A DNA stretch of 61,409 nt, from contig RFGE01000204.1 of NCBI GenBank assembly GCA_003696105.1, positions 1-61,409 of the forward strand, read 5' to 3'. Under the pieces are notes generated by a model. The model made no database searches and had not been told where the DNA came from. It saw only the letters and a list, made by a program, of their open reading frames with translations. A program made the position numbers and the translations under genes. Source of the stretch: Deltaproteobacteria bacterium. Lineage in GTDB: Bacteria; Myxococcota_A; Polyangia; Haliangiales; J016. Below, one piece after another: positions 48,287-58,564 of the stretch (positions are counted from its first letter, which is position 1; each line of letters opens with the position of its first letter).

Positions 48287-49663
48287 ATGCTCCAGACCCG
48301 AACCCTCGCAGCGCTCGCTTTCGTGGTCGTCGCCGGCGCCGCCGCGTGGTGGCAGCTGTCGCGGCCGGACGAACACATCGAGACCGCACCGCCGCGCGGG
48401 CCGCTGCCCGAGTTTTCCGCGGCCGACATCGACGCGATCGACATCCGCTCGCCCGAGGAGGGCAAGACGGTGTCCCTGGCCAAAGACGGCGACGGCTGGA
48501 AGGTCACCGCGCCGGTCGAGGATCGCGCCGACGCGGCGGCGGTCGACCGCGCGATCGAGCAGCTCGCCGGCGCGCGCATCGCCGACCGGCCGTCCGCGAC
48601 GTCGAAGGAGTCGTGGGACAAGCTCCAGGTCGGCGACGGCGACGTGCTCACGGTGACCCTGTCGTCGTCGGGCACGCCGATCGCGACGCTGCACATCGGC
48701 AAGACCGGCCGGTTCGTCCGGATCGGCGACGCCCCCGAGGTGTACGCACTGCGCGGCGTGAGCCGGGCGATGCTCGAGCGCGGCGTGGCGCAGTGGCGCG
48801 ACCGCACCGTGCTCAAGTTCGACCGCGACAAGGTCGCGACGGTGACGGCGGTGGACGCGACCGGCAAGGCGGTCGCGCGGCGCAGCGCGCCGTCGGCCGC
48901 GGCGGGCGGCGACGCGGGGCCGCCGCCGTCCAGCGACAGCGAGACGTGGACGCTCGAGGAGGGCGCGCCGATTGTCGGCACGTTCGACCCGGCCGTCCCC
49001 AAGACGATCGTGTCGCGCCTGTACCACCTGATCGCCACCGACTTCGCCGACGGCGTGTCCAAGGCGGCCGCGGGACTCGACCACCCGGCGCTCACGCTCA
49101 CGGTCACCCTCGACGACGGCACCGCGCACACCCTCCTCGTCGGCGGCAAAGCCGACGACACCCACGTCTACATCGGGCGGCCGGACTCGGACCGGGTGTG
49201 GACGCTGCTGTCGTCGAGCGCCGACTCGTTCGCCAAGGGACCGGTGCAGTGGCGCGATCGGACCATCGCCAAACTGCCGGCCGCGGACGTGGCCGCGATG
49301 GACGTGCGCCACGGTGACTTCCGCATCGTCGCCCGGCGCAGCGGCGATGGGTGGACGGTCGCGCAGCCCAAGGGCGTGCAGATCGACAAGGGCAAGCTCG
49401 ACTCCCTCGCCGGCGCGATGGCGTCACTCGTCGGCGCGAAGATCGCCACCGACGTGCCGCCGCGCGCCTTCGCCAGGCCGGTCGCCGTCGCGCGCTTCAC
49501 CGACGAGCAGGGCAATACGATCAAGATCTCCCTCGCCGCCAAGCGCGAGGGAGACAACCTGTGGCCGGTCAAGGCGAGCACCCGCCGCGACGTCGTGCTG
49601 CTCGCCGACTACCAGGCGCGACGGTTCCTCGTCGAGCGCGACACGTACGTGGCGTCGAAGTAG
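48287..49663 (+). CDS. DUF4340-like protein
   Basis: TM anchor and three repeats with WRDRT motifs; usual fourth gene of Gld-like ABC operons. Confidence 0.7.
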   Translation: MLQTRTLAALAFVVVAGAAAWWQLSRPDEHIETAPPRGPLPEFSAADIDAIDIRSPEEGKTVSLAKDGDGWKVTAPVEDRADAAAVDRAIEQLAGARIADRPSATSKESWDKLQVGDGDVLTVTLSSSGTPIATLHIGKTGRFVRIGDAPEVYALRGVSRAMLERGVAQWRDRTVLKFDRDKVATVTAVDATGKAVARRSAPSAAAGGDAGPPPSSDSETWTLEEGAPIVGTFDPAVPKTIVSRLYHLIATDFADGVSKAAAGLDHPALTLTVTLDDGTAHTLLVGGKADDTHVYIGRPDSDRVWTLLSSSADSFAKGPVQWRDRTIAKLPAADVAAMDVRHGDFRIVARRSGDGWTVAQPKGVQIDKGKLDSLAGAMASLVGAKIATDVPPRAFARPVAVARFTDEQGNTIKISLAAKREGDNLWPVKASTRRDVVLLADYQARRFLVERDTYVASK

Positions 49664-49711
49664 CGGCGCCACGGTCGCGCGCGGGTCGCGCCGCCAGGTC
49701 GGACCGACGCG

Positions 49712-50410
49712 TCAGTCGCCCGCGTCGACGTTGGCGAGCGCGGCGCGCGCCGCGGCCTGCTCGGCCTCCTTCTTCGACCGCCCCTCCCCCGTCGCCAGCA
49801 CCCGCCCGCGCAGCCGCACGTCCACGCGAAACGTCTTGTCGTGATCCGGCCCGCGTTCGGCGACGACCTCGTACTCGGGCGGCACCTTGAACCGCGCCTG
49901 GCTCCACTCCTGCAACCGCGTCTTGTAGTCCGGCGGCTCGGTCGCCACGGCGCCGGCGATCGCGCCGGCAAACAGCCGCGCGACGACCTCGGCCGCGCGG
50001 TCGAAGCCGCCGTCGCGGTAGATGGCGGCGACGACCGCCTCGAGCGCGTCGGCCAAAAGCGACGGCTTGTCGCGCCCGCCGCTGCGCTCCTCGCCGCGAC
50101 CGAGGCGCAGGTGGTCGCCGAGTCCGAGATCGCGCGCGATCGCGGACAGCCCGGCCTCGCTCACGATCGACGCGCGCAGCATCGACAGGTCGCCCTCGTG
50201 CAGATCCGGGTGGCGCGCCATGAGCTGTTCGCCGACGACGAGATCGAGCACGGCGTCGCCGAGGAACTCGAGCCGCTCGTTGTCGCCGCCGGCGTCCGGA
50301 TGCTCGTTGGCGAACGAGCGGTGCGTCACCGCCCGCACGAGCAGCGCGCGGTCGCGGAAGCGATAGCCGAGGCGCCGTTCGAGGGCGGACAGGTCGGATG
50401 CGCCGGTCAC
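49712..50410 (-). CDS. rnc: ribonuclease III
   Basis: THRS, NERLEFLGDAVL, ADALEA, dsRBD DYKTRLQE..GRSKKEAEQ. Confidence 0.97.
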   Translation of the reverse strand: MTGASDLSALERRLGYRFRDRALLVRAVTHRSFANEHPDAGGDNERLEFLGDAVLDLVVGEQLMARHPDLHEGDLSMLRASIVSEAGLSAIARDLGLGDHLRLGRGEERSGGRDKPSLLADALEAVVAAIYRDGGFDRAAEVVARLFAGAIAGAVATEPPDYKTRLQEWSQARFKVPPEYEVVAERGPDHDKTFRVDVRLRGRVLATGEGRSKKEAEQAAARAALANVDAGD

Positions 50411-50477
50411 GGGGAGACTATAGCGGCTGCCGGCGCCGGCGCGCGGTGGGCTCGGCGCGCCGCGCCGCCACGCGGCG

Positions 50478-52070
50478 TCACCGCAGCGCGAGCCAGATCG
50501 GCACGGCGGCCGCGGCGGCGGCCAGCGCCATCCACAGCACGCCGCGCGCGAGCGCGGCCCGGTCGATGCCCGACACGATCTCCTGCAGCTCGATCTGGCG
50601 CCGCTCGAGCGTCGCGATGGTGACGGCGTGCTCGTCGGCGCCGGCCAGCCGCGGCGCGTAGCCCGGCGGCCGGTCCACGTCGATCGTCTCGCCGAGCGCC
50701 AGCAACGCGTCGTCCCGTTCGCGGTCGCAGTCGTCCATCGCGGCGCGTTCCACCTTCTGGCGGGCGCGCTCCGCCGCGATCGCGTCGGCCGCGCGCGCCG
50801 CCGCCCGGTCTTCGGCGTCGCGGGCCTCCGCGCGCCGGCGGTCGACGGCTTCGCGCTCGCCGGCCAGCTTGGCGATGCGCGGCTCGAGGTCGTCCAGTTC
50901 CGCCGCGAGCGCCGGCTCCTCGGCGGCGACCGCGTCGCGCTCGGCGCGAAGGGACGCCAGCCGCGCTTCGATCGCGCTCGGGTCTTCCCGCCGGTCGACC
51001 GCGTGGAGCCGGCGCTCCTCCCGGGCGATCCGGGCCGCGAGGTCGTCGACGGCGGCGCGCACCGCGGCCACCTGCTTGCGCACGTCGCCGGCCCGGCGTT
51101 CGAGGGGCGCGAGCTTGGCGTCGATCGCGCGCAGTTCGGTGTCGAACTGCGCGTCGCGCTCGGCGAACGCCGACCGCTCCGCGTCGCGCTCTCGCTCGAT
51201 GGCGGCGATGCGCTCGTCCGCAGCGGCGACCGCACCGGCGTGGCGCGACCGCCGCTCCTCGATTGCCGCGAGCGCGTCGCGCGCGCGGGCGACCGCGTCG
51301 AACTCGGCGTCCGCATCGGCGATCGCGTGCCGCGCGACCGCGATCAACCGCTCGTTGCGGGCGGCGCGCTCGGCGGCGAGCTGCGCGTCGATGCGCGCGA
51401 GCTCGCGCCGCGCGCGCGCGACCCCGAACAGGGCGGAAAACACGTAGCGGACATCGCCGAACGCCCCCCGCTCGCGCGGCAGTTGCGCGACGTCGCGCGC
51501 GCGCTGGCCGCTGCGCGACCGCGGCGGCGCGACCGATCCCGGCAGGTCGATGTGCGCGACGGTGGCATCCGCCTCGGTGTCCGACCGCGGCGGCGCGACG
51601 GCGGTCGCCGCGCGCGAGTCGGCTCGGCCGGACGCGAGCGCGTCGCCGCCGACCGCGGTCGGCGCGCGCGTGTCGATGCGCCCTGCCTCCGGCTCCCGCC
51701 GGCCGGCTGGCGCACCGCCCGGGGCCGGCGGCGGTGCCCCGCTCGCGCCGTTCGCCCGCCCGGAGGGTGCCCGCGGCGGCGGGGGCGGGCCGCTCGCGCG
51801 GTTCGCCCGCCCAGAGGGAGCCGGCGGCGGTGGAGGCGGCGGTGCCCCGCTCGCGCGGTTCGCCCGCCCCGGCGCGGTGCCGGCGGCGGCCGGCGGCGGC
51901 GCCGCTGCCCGCCCTGCCGGGCCTCCGGAGTCGCCCGGCGCATCCTTTGGCTCCGCGCCGCCCGGCGCGGGTTCCACGCGCCAGCCGTCCGCCAGCTCGT
52001 CGATCCGCGCGCGGGTGTCGTCGCCGATGCGCCGGCCGCCCCGCGGGCTTGGTCGCCGGGTGTCCGCCAT
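50478..52070 (-). CDS. coiled-coil protein with Pro-rich N-terminus and C-terminal TM anchor
   Basis: Three GRAN(R/G)ASG-PPPP repeats, a long heptad region and a hydrophobic C-terminus. Confidence 0.7.
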   Translation of the reverse strand: MADTRRPSPRGGRRIGDDTRARIDELADGWRVEPAPGGAEPKDAPGDSGGPAGRAAAPPPAAAGTAPGRANRASGAPPPPPPPAPSGRANRASGPPPPPRAPSGRANGASGAPPPAPGGAPAGRREPEAGRIDTRAPTAVGGDALASGRADSRAATAVAPPRSDTEADATVAHIDLPGSVAPPRSRSGQRARDVAQLPRERGAFGDVRYVFSALFGVARARRELARIDAQLAAERAARNERLIAVARHAIADADAEFDAVARARDALAAIEERRSRHAGAVAAADERIAAIERERDAERSAFAERDAQFDTELRAIDAKLAPLERRAGDVRKQVAAVRAAVDDLAARIAREERRLHAVDRREDPSAIEARLASLRAERDAVAAEEPALAAELDDLEPRIAKLAGEREAVDRRRAEARDAEDRAAARAADAIAAERARQKVERAAMDDCDRERDDALLALGETIDVDRPPGYAPRLAGADEHAVTIATLERRQIELQEIVSGIDRAALARGVLWMALAAAAAAVPIWLALR

Positions 52071-52134
52071 CGGGCCGCAACCTACCACGCGGCGCCCAGT
52101 CCCGGCAGATTCAACGATTTTTCCCTCTGCCATT

Positions 52135-52160
52135 TTTGTTGCCGATATACTGCCAACAAA
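52135..52160. promoter_or_regulatory. operator-like dyad in a divergent AT-rich promoter region
   Basis: TTTGTTG-N12-CAACAAA immediately before the ATG at 52162. Confidence 0.45.
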
Positions 52161-52161
52161 G

Positions 52162-55100
52162 ATGCCGCACCCCCGCTTCAACGATCGCTATCGGGCCGTC
52201 CGCCCGCTCGGGAGCGGCACCCAGGCGCGCGTGTGGCTCGTGGAGGATCGCGCCCGCGGCGGCGCCCTGCGCGCGGCCAAGCGTCTCGGTGAGGCGGGCG
52301 ACGCCGCCGCGCGCGCGCGGCTCGCCGCCGAGTTTCGCCGCCTCGCGGCGCTCGACCACCCGAACCTCGTCCGCGCCTGCGAACTCGATGCGGCCGACGA
52401 CGGCGCGCTGTTCTTTACGGCCGAATACGTCGACGGCGCCGTATCGACCGCGTGGATCGCGGCGCGTCCCGACCGCGTCGAGGCCGTGCTCGACGTGGCG
52501 GTCGACGTCGCCGCGGCGCTGTCCCACGTCCACCGCGCCGGCCTGGTTCACCGCGACGTGAAACCGGCCAACGTGCTGGTGCGCGCGACCGGCGAGGCCG
52601 TGCTCATCGACCTCGGGCTGGCGGCCGCGCCCGGCCGCCACGCCGCGGCGGCCGGCAGCCTCGCGTACATGGCGCCCGAGGCGCTGGCGGGCGCCGCCGA
52701 CCCGCGTTCGGATCTGTTTTCGCTCGGCGCGGCGATCTACGAGTGGACGGCGGGCCGGCGACCGTTCGCCGGCGACGATCCCGCGGCGATCGTGCGCGCC
52801 ATCTGCGACGGCGCCGCGCCGCCCCTGGCGGACGCCGCGGGAGCGCCGATTCCCCTGTCGGACGTGGTCGCGCGGCTGCTCGCGCCCGACCCGGCCGCGC
52901 GGCCGCCGTCGGCCGCGGCGCTGCTCGGCGAACTGTCGCGCGTGCGCGAGAGCCTCGGCCTGCCGGCGCGCGCGCGCGACGCCGCCGCCGGACTGCTGGC
53001 GCCCGCGCTGTGCGGCCGCGACGCCGCCGTCGCCGCGATCGCCGCCGCGCTCGCCACCGGCGCACCGCGCGCGGTCCGCGTGATCGGGCCGCCCGGCGCC
53101 GGCCGCGGCGCCGCGATCGACGCCGCGCTGCGCCGGTTTCAGCTCGCGGTCGCGGCGGGCCGAGCGCCGGCTCGCACGGTCGGCCGCGGCGCGCTGGACG
53201 ACGCGCTCCGATCGCTCGGCGTCGCGCCTCCCGCGGCCGGCGCGAGCGTCGCGGCGTGGGCGGAGCGCGCGGCCCGCGCGCTGGCCGAACGGGCGCGCGC
53301 GGGCGCCGTGGCGGTCGTCGTCGACGACGACCGGGACGACCCGCGCGCCGCCGCGCTCGCGGCGGCCCTCGGCGCCGGGGCGGCCGCCGCGGCGGACATC
53401 GTCGCCGTGGTGCGCGTCGACGCCGAGATCGACGCCGTGCGCGCGCCGCCGGGTGTAACCGACGTGGCGGTCGGGCCGCTGTCGCCGGCGGAGGTCGCCG
53501 CGGTCGCCGCATCCATGGTCGGCCGTCCCGTGGCCGGCGACTGGGCCGCCGCCGTGGCGCGCGCGACCGGCGGCCTGCCGCGCGCGGTCGTCGAAGTCGT
53601 GCGGGCCGCCGCCGCCGACGCAGGCGTCGCCGCCGTCGAGCGCGCCGATCCGGTCGCGCTGGTCGGAGCGTTCGATGCGACCGAAACCAACGACAGCGCG
53701 ACCGCGCTGTACGTCCGGCGGGTGCGGCTGCTGGCCGCCGACGACGCCGCGCTGATCGAAGCGCTCGCCGTGCTCGGCGGCCGCGCGGCGCTCACCGAGG
53801 TCTCGGCGGTCGCCGGCCAGCCGGCCGGCGCGACCGCGGATCGCGCGCTCGCGCTGGCCGCGCGCGGGTTCGTGTCCGTCGGCGCCGACGGCGGCGCCGG
53901 CACGCTCGCGCTGCCGTCGACCGCGCACGCGGACGCGGTCGCCGCCGCGATGCCGGCCCCGCGCGCCGCCGCGCTCCACCGCACCGCCCTCCGCCTGCCG
54001 GGGCTGGACGCCGAGCGCCGAGCGCGCCACCTGTGCGCGGTCGGCCCCGCCGCCGCCGCGGTGGACGCCTGCCTGGCGGCGGCGGCGGCAGCCGAGGCGA
54101 CCGGGCGAGCGCCGGCCGCGTTCGACTGGACCCGGCGGGCGGCCGAGCGCGCCTCCGGCCGGGTGGCGTCGCAGGTGGCCGCCGCGCTGGCCGAGCGCGC
54201 GCTGGCCGTCGCGCGCTACGACGACGCGGTCGCCGCGGCGCAACGCGCGGCCCGGTCGCGCGATCCGGCGTGCCGCCGGCGCGGCGCGCTGGCCCTGGCG
54301 CGCGCGCTGCAAAAGCGCGGCGACCTCGCGGCAGCCGAGCGCGCGCTCGAACGGCTGCGCGCGCGCGACGGAGGCGAGGACGTCGCCGCCGCCTACGCGC
54401 GCGTGCTCGTCGCGCGGGGCCGCTACGCCGACGCCGAGGCGGTCGCCGGCCGGCCGGAGGACGAGCCGCCGGCCGGCGGTCCGGTGTCCGCCGCGCGCGC
54501 CGCGCGGCTCGAGGCGGCGGGCCTCGCGCGCCTGTACCGCGGCGACCTGGCCGGCGCGAACGCCGCGTTCGCCCGCCTGGAGTCGGCCGCGCGCGCCGCG
54601 GACGACCCGGCGCTGCTCGGCCGCGCGCTCGCGCTGCTCGGCATGGTCGCGCACACCGCCGGCGAGGTCGCCGTCGCCGCGGAGCGCTACGCGGCGGCGC
54701 ACGCGCACGCGCAGGCGGCCGGCGATCCGCACGCCGCCGCCGTCTACGCGCTCAACCGTGCGGCGGCCGCGTCGGCCCAGGGGCGGCACGCGGACGCGGT
54801 CGCCGCGATCGACGCGGCGCTCGTTCAGCTGCGCCGGCTCGACGCGCACGCCGAGGTGGCCGCGGCCACCTACAACCGCGGGGTGTCGCTGCTCGCGCTC
54901 GGCAAGGTCGACGAGGCGCGGCGCGCGGCCGACCGTGCGCTGGCCGACGCGCGCGCCCACGGCGCCCCCGAGGTGCAGGCATTCGCGCAGCTGCTCGCCG
55001 GCGACGTGGCGCGGCGCGCAGGCGACGCCGCCGGCGCGCGGGCGCACTACGAAGCGGCCGCCGCGGCGGCGGACGCGCACGGTCCGGCGCGCGCGCGGGT

Positions 55101-57135
55101 GCTCGCCCTGGCCGCGCTCGGCGTCGCGCTGGCGGAGGCCGGCGACCCGCGCGCCGGCGCGCGACTCGACGCCGCCGCGGCGGCGGCCGCTTCCGACGAG
55201 GACCGCGACGAGATCGCGGTGGCGCGCGCCCGCGCGGCGCTCGCGGCCGGAGTCGCCGGTCCCGACGTCGCCGCCGCCGTCGACGCGGCGCGCGCCCGGC
55301 TGCGCGCGCGGGGCCGCGCCGACCTCGCGTGGCGGGCCGACGCGCTCGCGGCGCGCCTGCACCTGGCCGCCGGCGACCGCGGCGCCGCCGGCGCCGCGCT
55401 GGCCGACGCGCGCCGCGCGTTCGACGCGATCGTGGCGGCCACGCCCGCGGTCCACCGCGACGGCGTCCGCTCCGACCCGGACGCAGCCCTGATCGGCGCG
55501 ACCGAAGCGGCGCTGCGCGCGGTCGCCGCCCCCGCCGCGGGCGGCGCGGCCGACGCGGACGCAGCCCGGCTGCGGCGGCTGCTCGCGCTCAGCCGACGGC
55601 TCAACTCCGAGCAGCGCCTCGAACCGCTGCTGGACGACGTGATCGACTCGTTGATCGAGGTCACCGACGCCGAACGGGGCTTCTTGCTGCTCGAGCGCGA
55701 CGGCGCGCTCGAGGTGGTCGTCGCGCGCAACTTCGACCACAGCCCGGTGGCGACCGAGACCGTGCAAGTGAGCCGGTCGATCGCCGAGCGCGCCGCCCGC
55801 ACCGGCGAACCCGTTCTCACCGTCGACGCCGCGTTCGACGATCGGTTCGGCGAAGCGGCGTCGGTCGCGGCGCTGCGGTTGCGGTCGGTGCTCGCCGTAC
55901 CGCTGCGCTGCAAGGGGCGCATCATCGGCACCGTGTACCTCGATCACCGCTTCCGCCGCGGCGCGTTCACGGAGCAGGCGATCGATCTCGTGTTCGAGCT
56001 GGCCGACATCGCGGCGGTCGCGATCGAAAACGCGCGCCTCGCCGACGAAAACCGCCGGCGCGCCGAACAGATCGCCGAACTCAACGCGCGCCTCGAGGCC
56101 GACATCGTGCGCGCGCGCGCCGAGCTCGCGAGCGCGCGCGCCAGGCTCGGCGACGCCCGCTTGCGCCACGACTACACCGCAATCGTCGGTCGCTCCCCGG
56201 CGATGGTGCGGATGCTCGAGATCGTGGACCGCGCAACCGAGACGAGCTTGCCGGTGGTGCTGTTCGGCGAAAGCGGCACCGGCAAGGAGCTGGTCGCCCG
56301 CGCGCTGCACGACAACGGCCCGCGCGCCGGCCGGCCGTTCGTCGCAGTCAACTGCGGCGCCGTGCCGGCGGAACTGCTCGAGTCCGAGCTCTTCGGCCAC
56401 GTGCGCGGCGCGTTCACCGGCGCCGACCGCGACCGCCCGGGCCTGTTCGAGATCGCCGACGGCGGCACGCTGTTTCTCGACGAAGTGGCCGACACCAGCC
56501 CGGCGATGCAAGCCAAGCTGTTGCGCGTGTTGCAGGAGGGCGAACTGCGCCGGGTCGGCGATGCGCGCACGCGCACCGTGGACGTGCGAATCGTGGCCGC
56601 GTCCAACCGCGACCTGCGCGCGCTGGTCGACGAGGGCCGGTTCCGCGAGGACCTGTTTTACCGGCTCAATGTCATCTCGGTGCGCATCCCGCCGCTGCGC
56701 GAACGGGTCGAGGACATCCCCGACCTGTGCCGCGCCCTGCTCGCCCGCGTCGCTCCCGATCCGGCGCGGCCGCCGCGCCTCGACCGCGCGGCGCTGAAGC
56801 GGCTGTGCGCCTACGCGTGGCCCGGCAACGTCCGCGAGCTCGAGAACGAGCTGGCGCGCGCCGCGGCGCTCGCGGGCGACGTCATCGGCGTCGCGGATCT
56901 GTCGCCGGCGATCGCGCACGCCGACCCGGCGGCGCGACCGCCGTCGCCCGACGACCTCCGCCTGCGACCGCGGGTCGAGGCGCTCGAGCGCGCGCTGATC
57001 GAGGAGGCGATGGCCCGTTGTCACGGCAACCAAACCGCGGCCGCCAAGCTGCTCGGCCTGAGCCGCTACGGCCTGCAGAAGAAGCTCAAACGCTACGGGC
57101 TCGGCTCGCCGGGTGCGCGAGATGCCGCGGTCTGA
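52162..57135 (+). CDS. Ser/Thr kinase-(degenerate NTPase)-TPR-GAF-sigma54 activator fusion (1657 aa)
   Basis: HRDVKPAN, DLG, YMAPE; GPPGAGRG; TPR helices; GAF (LRSVLAVPL..YLD); GESGTGKE, GAFTGA, WPGNVREL; Fis HTH. Confidence 0.9.
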   Translation: MPHPRFNDRYRAVRPLGSGTQARVWLVEDRARGGALRAAKRLGEAGDAAARARLAAEFRRLAALDHPNLVRACELDAADDGALFFTAEYVDGAVSTAWIAARPDRVEAVLDVAVDVAAALSHVHRAGLVHRDVKPANVLVRATGEAVLIDLGLAAAPGRHAAAAGSLAYMAPEALAGAADPRSDLFSLGAAIYEWTAGRRPFAGDDPAAIVRAICDGAAPPLADAAGAPIPLSDVVARLLAPDPAARPPSAAALLGELSRVRESLGLPARARDAAAGLLAPALCGRDAAVAAIAAALATGAPRAVRVIGPPGAGRGAAIDAALRRFQLAVAAGRAPARTVGRGALDDALRSLGVAPPAAGASVAAWAERAARALAERARAGAVAVVVDDDRDDPRAAALAAALGAGAAAAADIVAVVRVDAEIDAVRAPPGVTDVAVGPLSPAEVAAVAASMVGRPVAGDWAAAVARATGGLPRAVVEVVRAAAADAGVAAVERADPVALVGAFDATETNDSATALYVRRVRLLAADDAALIEALAVLGGRAALTEVSAVAGQPAGATADRALALAARGFVSVGADGGAGTLALPSTAHADAVAAAMPAPRAAALHRTALRLPGLDAERRARHLCAVGPAAAAVDACLAAAAAAEATGRAPAAFDWTRRAAERASGRVASQVAAALAERALAVARYDDAVAAAQRAARSRDPACRRRGALALARALQKRGDLAAAERALERLRARDGGEDVAAAYARVLVARGRYADAEAVAGRPEDEPPAGGPVSAARAARLEAAGLARLYRGDLAGANAAFARLESAARAADDPALLGRALALLGMVAHTAGEVAVAAERYAAAHAHAQAAGDPHAAAVYALNRAAAASAQGRHADAVAAIDAALVQLRRLDAHAEVAAATYNRGVSLLALGKVDEARRAADRALADARAHGAPEVQAFAQLLAGDVARRAGDAAGARAHYEAAAAAADAHGPARARVLALAALGVALAEAGDPRAGARLDAAAAAAASDEDRDEIAVARARAALAAGVAGPDVAAAVDAARARLRARGRADLAWRADALAARLHLAAGDRGAAGAALADARRAFDAIVAATPAVHRDGVRSDPDAALIGATEAALRAVAAPAAGGAADADAARLRRLLALSRRLNSEQRLEPLLDDVIDSLIEVTDAERGFLLLERDGALEVVVARNFDHSPVATETVQVSRSIAERAARTGEPVLTVDAAFDDRFGEAASVAALRLRSVLAVPLRCKGRIIGTVYLDHRFRRGAFTEQAIDLVFELADIAAVAIENARLADENRRRAEQIAELNARLEADIVRARAELASARARLGDARLRHDYTAIVGRSPAMVRMLEIVDRATETSLPVVLFGESGTGKELVARALHDNGPRAGRPFVAVNCGAVPAELLESELFGHVRGAFTGADRDRPGLFEIADGGTLFLDEVADTSPAMQAKLLRVLQEGELRRVGDARTRTVDVRIVAASNRDLRALVDEGRFREDLFYRLNVISVRIPPLRERVEDIPDLCRALLARVAPDPARPPRLDRAALKRLCAYAWPGNVRELENELARAAALAGDVIGVADLSPAIAHADPAARPPSPDDLRLRPRVEALERALIEEAMARCHGNQTAAAKLLGLSRYGLQKKLKRYGLGSPGARDAAV

Positions 57136-58085
57136 GCCGTCCGCCGGCGCAGCCGCGCCAGCGCCCGCTCGGCTTGCGCGCGGATGTCGTCGTCCGGGTG
57201 GCCGGTGGCGACGAACTCGAGATAGGCGTGCGCCTCGTCGCCGCCGAGCGCGGCGACCGCGTCGATCACGCGGCGCATCAGCGCGTAGTCCTGGAACTCG
57301 GCCAGCCGCGTGAGCGGCCGCACCGCGCGCGGATCGCCGATCGCCAACAGCGCGCCGATCGCGGCGTCCCGCTCCGCCTCGTCGGTCGCCGACAGCCTGG
57401 CTACGGCCGCGTCGAACGCCGCCGCGATGCGGCGGTGGCCGACCACCAGCAGTGCCCACGTGCGCAGGTCCGAGTCGGGCGCGGCGAGCGCCGCGACGGC
57501 GGCGGCCGGCGGCCCGACGCGAACGCGCTCCTTTTCGATCAGTCCCGCCACGGCGTCGTCGATCGCGCGGTCGACGTGCTCGGTGAGCGCGGCGGCGACG
57601 TCGCCGTCGCCGGGCACGTAGCTGCGCTCGGCCAGCGCGTTCATCGACGGCGCGAGGGAATCGCGGCCGTCGCGGAAATCGACGCGCAGTTCGATCATCG
57701 CCAGCAGCGCCGGCGCGCCGTTGGTCCCCTCCGGCAGCTCGGCGTAGCCGATCGTCGCCGTCACGTCCGCCGGCCGCACGTCGAATCCGGCGCCCGGCTC
57801 CCCCGCGCCGAGGAACCAGCCCGACGCGGCCAGCGCCGCGGCGATGCGGTCGCGCACCCGGTCGGCGTCGATCGCGTGGCGGCGTCCCGAGGTCGGATCG
57901 ACCACGCGCACGGCGACGCGCTGCACGCGGATCCGCTCGGGGAGCGACCGCGCACCCGCGTCCGGCGCGGTCGACACGGTCGCCGGCGACTCGGACTCCC
58001 TCGACGGCGCCGGCGACGACCGCCGGCACCCGGCGGCGGCGAGCGCGGCGAGCGCGGCGAGCGCGGCGAGCGCGGGTCGAGTCAT
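57093..58085 (-). CDS. HEAT-repeat lipoprotein
   Basis: Lipobox AAGC; C-terminal HEAT/PBS repeats (IGDPRAVRPL). Confidence 0.75.
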   Translation of the reverse strand: MTRPALAALAALAALAAAGCRRSSPAPSRESESPATVSTAPDAGARSLPERIRVQRVAVRVVDPTSGRRHAIDADRVRDRIAAALAASGWFLGAGEPGAGFDVRPADVTATIGYAELPEGTNGAPALLAMIELRVDFRDGRDSLAPSMNALAERSYVPGDGDVAAALTEHVDRAIDDAVAGLIEKERVRVGPPAAAVAALAAPDSDLRTWALLVVGHRRIAAAFDAAVARLSATDEAERDAAIGALLAIGDPRAVRPLTRLAEFQDYALMRRVIDAVAALGGDEAHAYLEFVATGHPDDDIRAQAERALARLRRRTAQTAASRAPGEPSP

Positions 58086-58564
58086 AGACGCTTGTAAAAG
58101 GTTACCAGAGCGTCACCCGGCTTGTAGAAGTCCGGGATGCGGGCCACTTCCCGGTACCCGTGGCGCTCGTAGACGCGCCGCGCCGCGCCGTAGCTTTCGA
58201 GCTGGGACGTCTCGATGCGCACGCCGGTGGCCCCGCGCGCGCGCAGGTCGCGCTCCATCTCGTCGATCAGGGCGCGCGCCACGCCGCGGCCCCGCGCGTC
58301 CCGGTGGACGACCAGCCAGTACAGGTCGAAGCTCGAGCGCGTCATCGGCGTCGGCCCGTAGCAGATGTAGCCGGCGATGCGCCCCGGCGCATCGGGCGCC
58401 ACGGCGACGCGAAACCAGTAGTCCGAGTCGGCGCGGGCCAGCGCGTCGTCGATGAGTTCGAGCGCGACCGCGATCTCCTCGGCGGTGAAGGTGTCGTCGC
58501 TGCGCAGCGCCGCCTCGAGCAGCGGCCGATCGGTCGGACGCAGGCCGCGGAGTTCAACGGTCAT
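58082..58564 (-). CDS. GNAT acetyltransferase
   Basis: GYICYGPTPMT..FDLYW..RGRGVAR, IETS, PDFY. Confidence 0.88.
   Translation of the reverse strand: MTVELRGLRPTDRPLLEAALRSDDTFTAEEIAVALELIDDALARADSDYWFRVAVAPDAPGRIAGYICYGPTPMTRSSFDLYWLVVHRDARGRGVARALIDEMERDLRARGATGVRIETSQLESYGAARRVYERHGYREVARIPDFYKPGDALVTFYKRL

Noticed and set aside
44879-49663. Gliding-motility machinery
   Set aside because: GldAFG-like ABC systems are widespread, and nothing here ties this one to motility.
58030-58075. 9-bp tandem repeat GCGGCGAGC
   Set aside because: It simply encodes the ALA-ALA-LEU repeats of a signal peptide.
52111-58097. Very long alternative ORFs (1972 aa minus, 1881 aa plus) and similar ones such as 15494-19042
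   Set aside because: Arg/Ala/Gly-rich shadow frames of real genes, expected at this GC content; no motifs.
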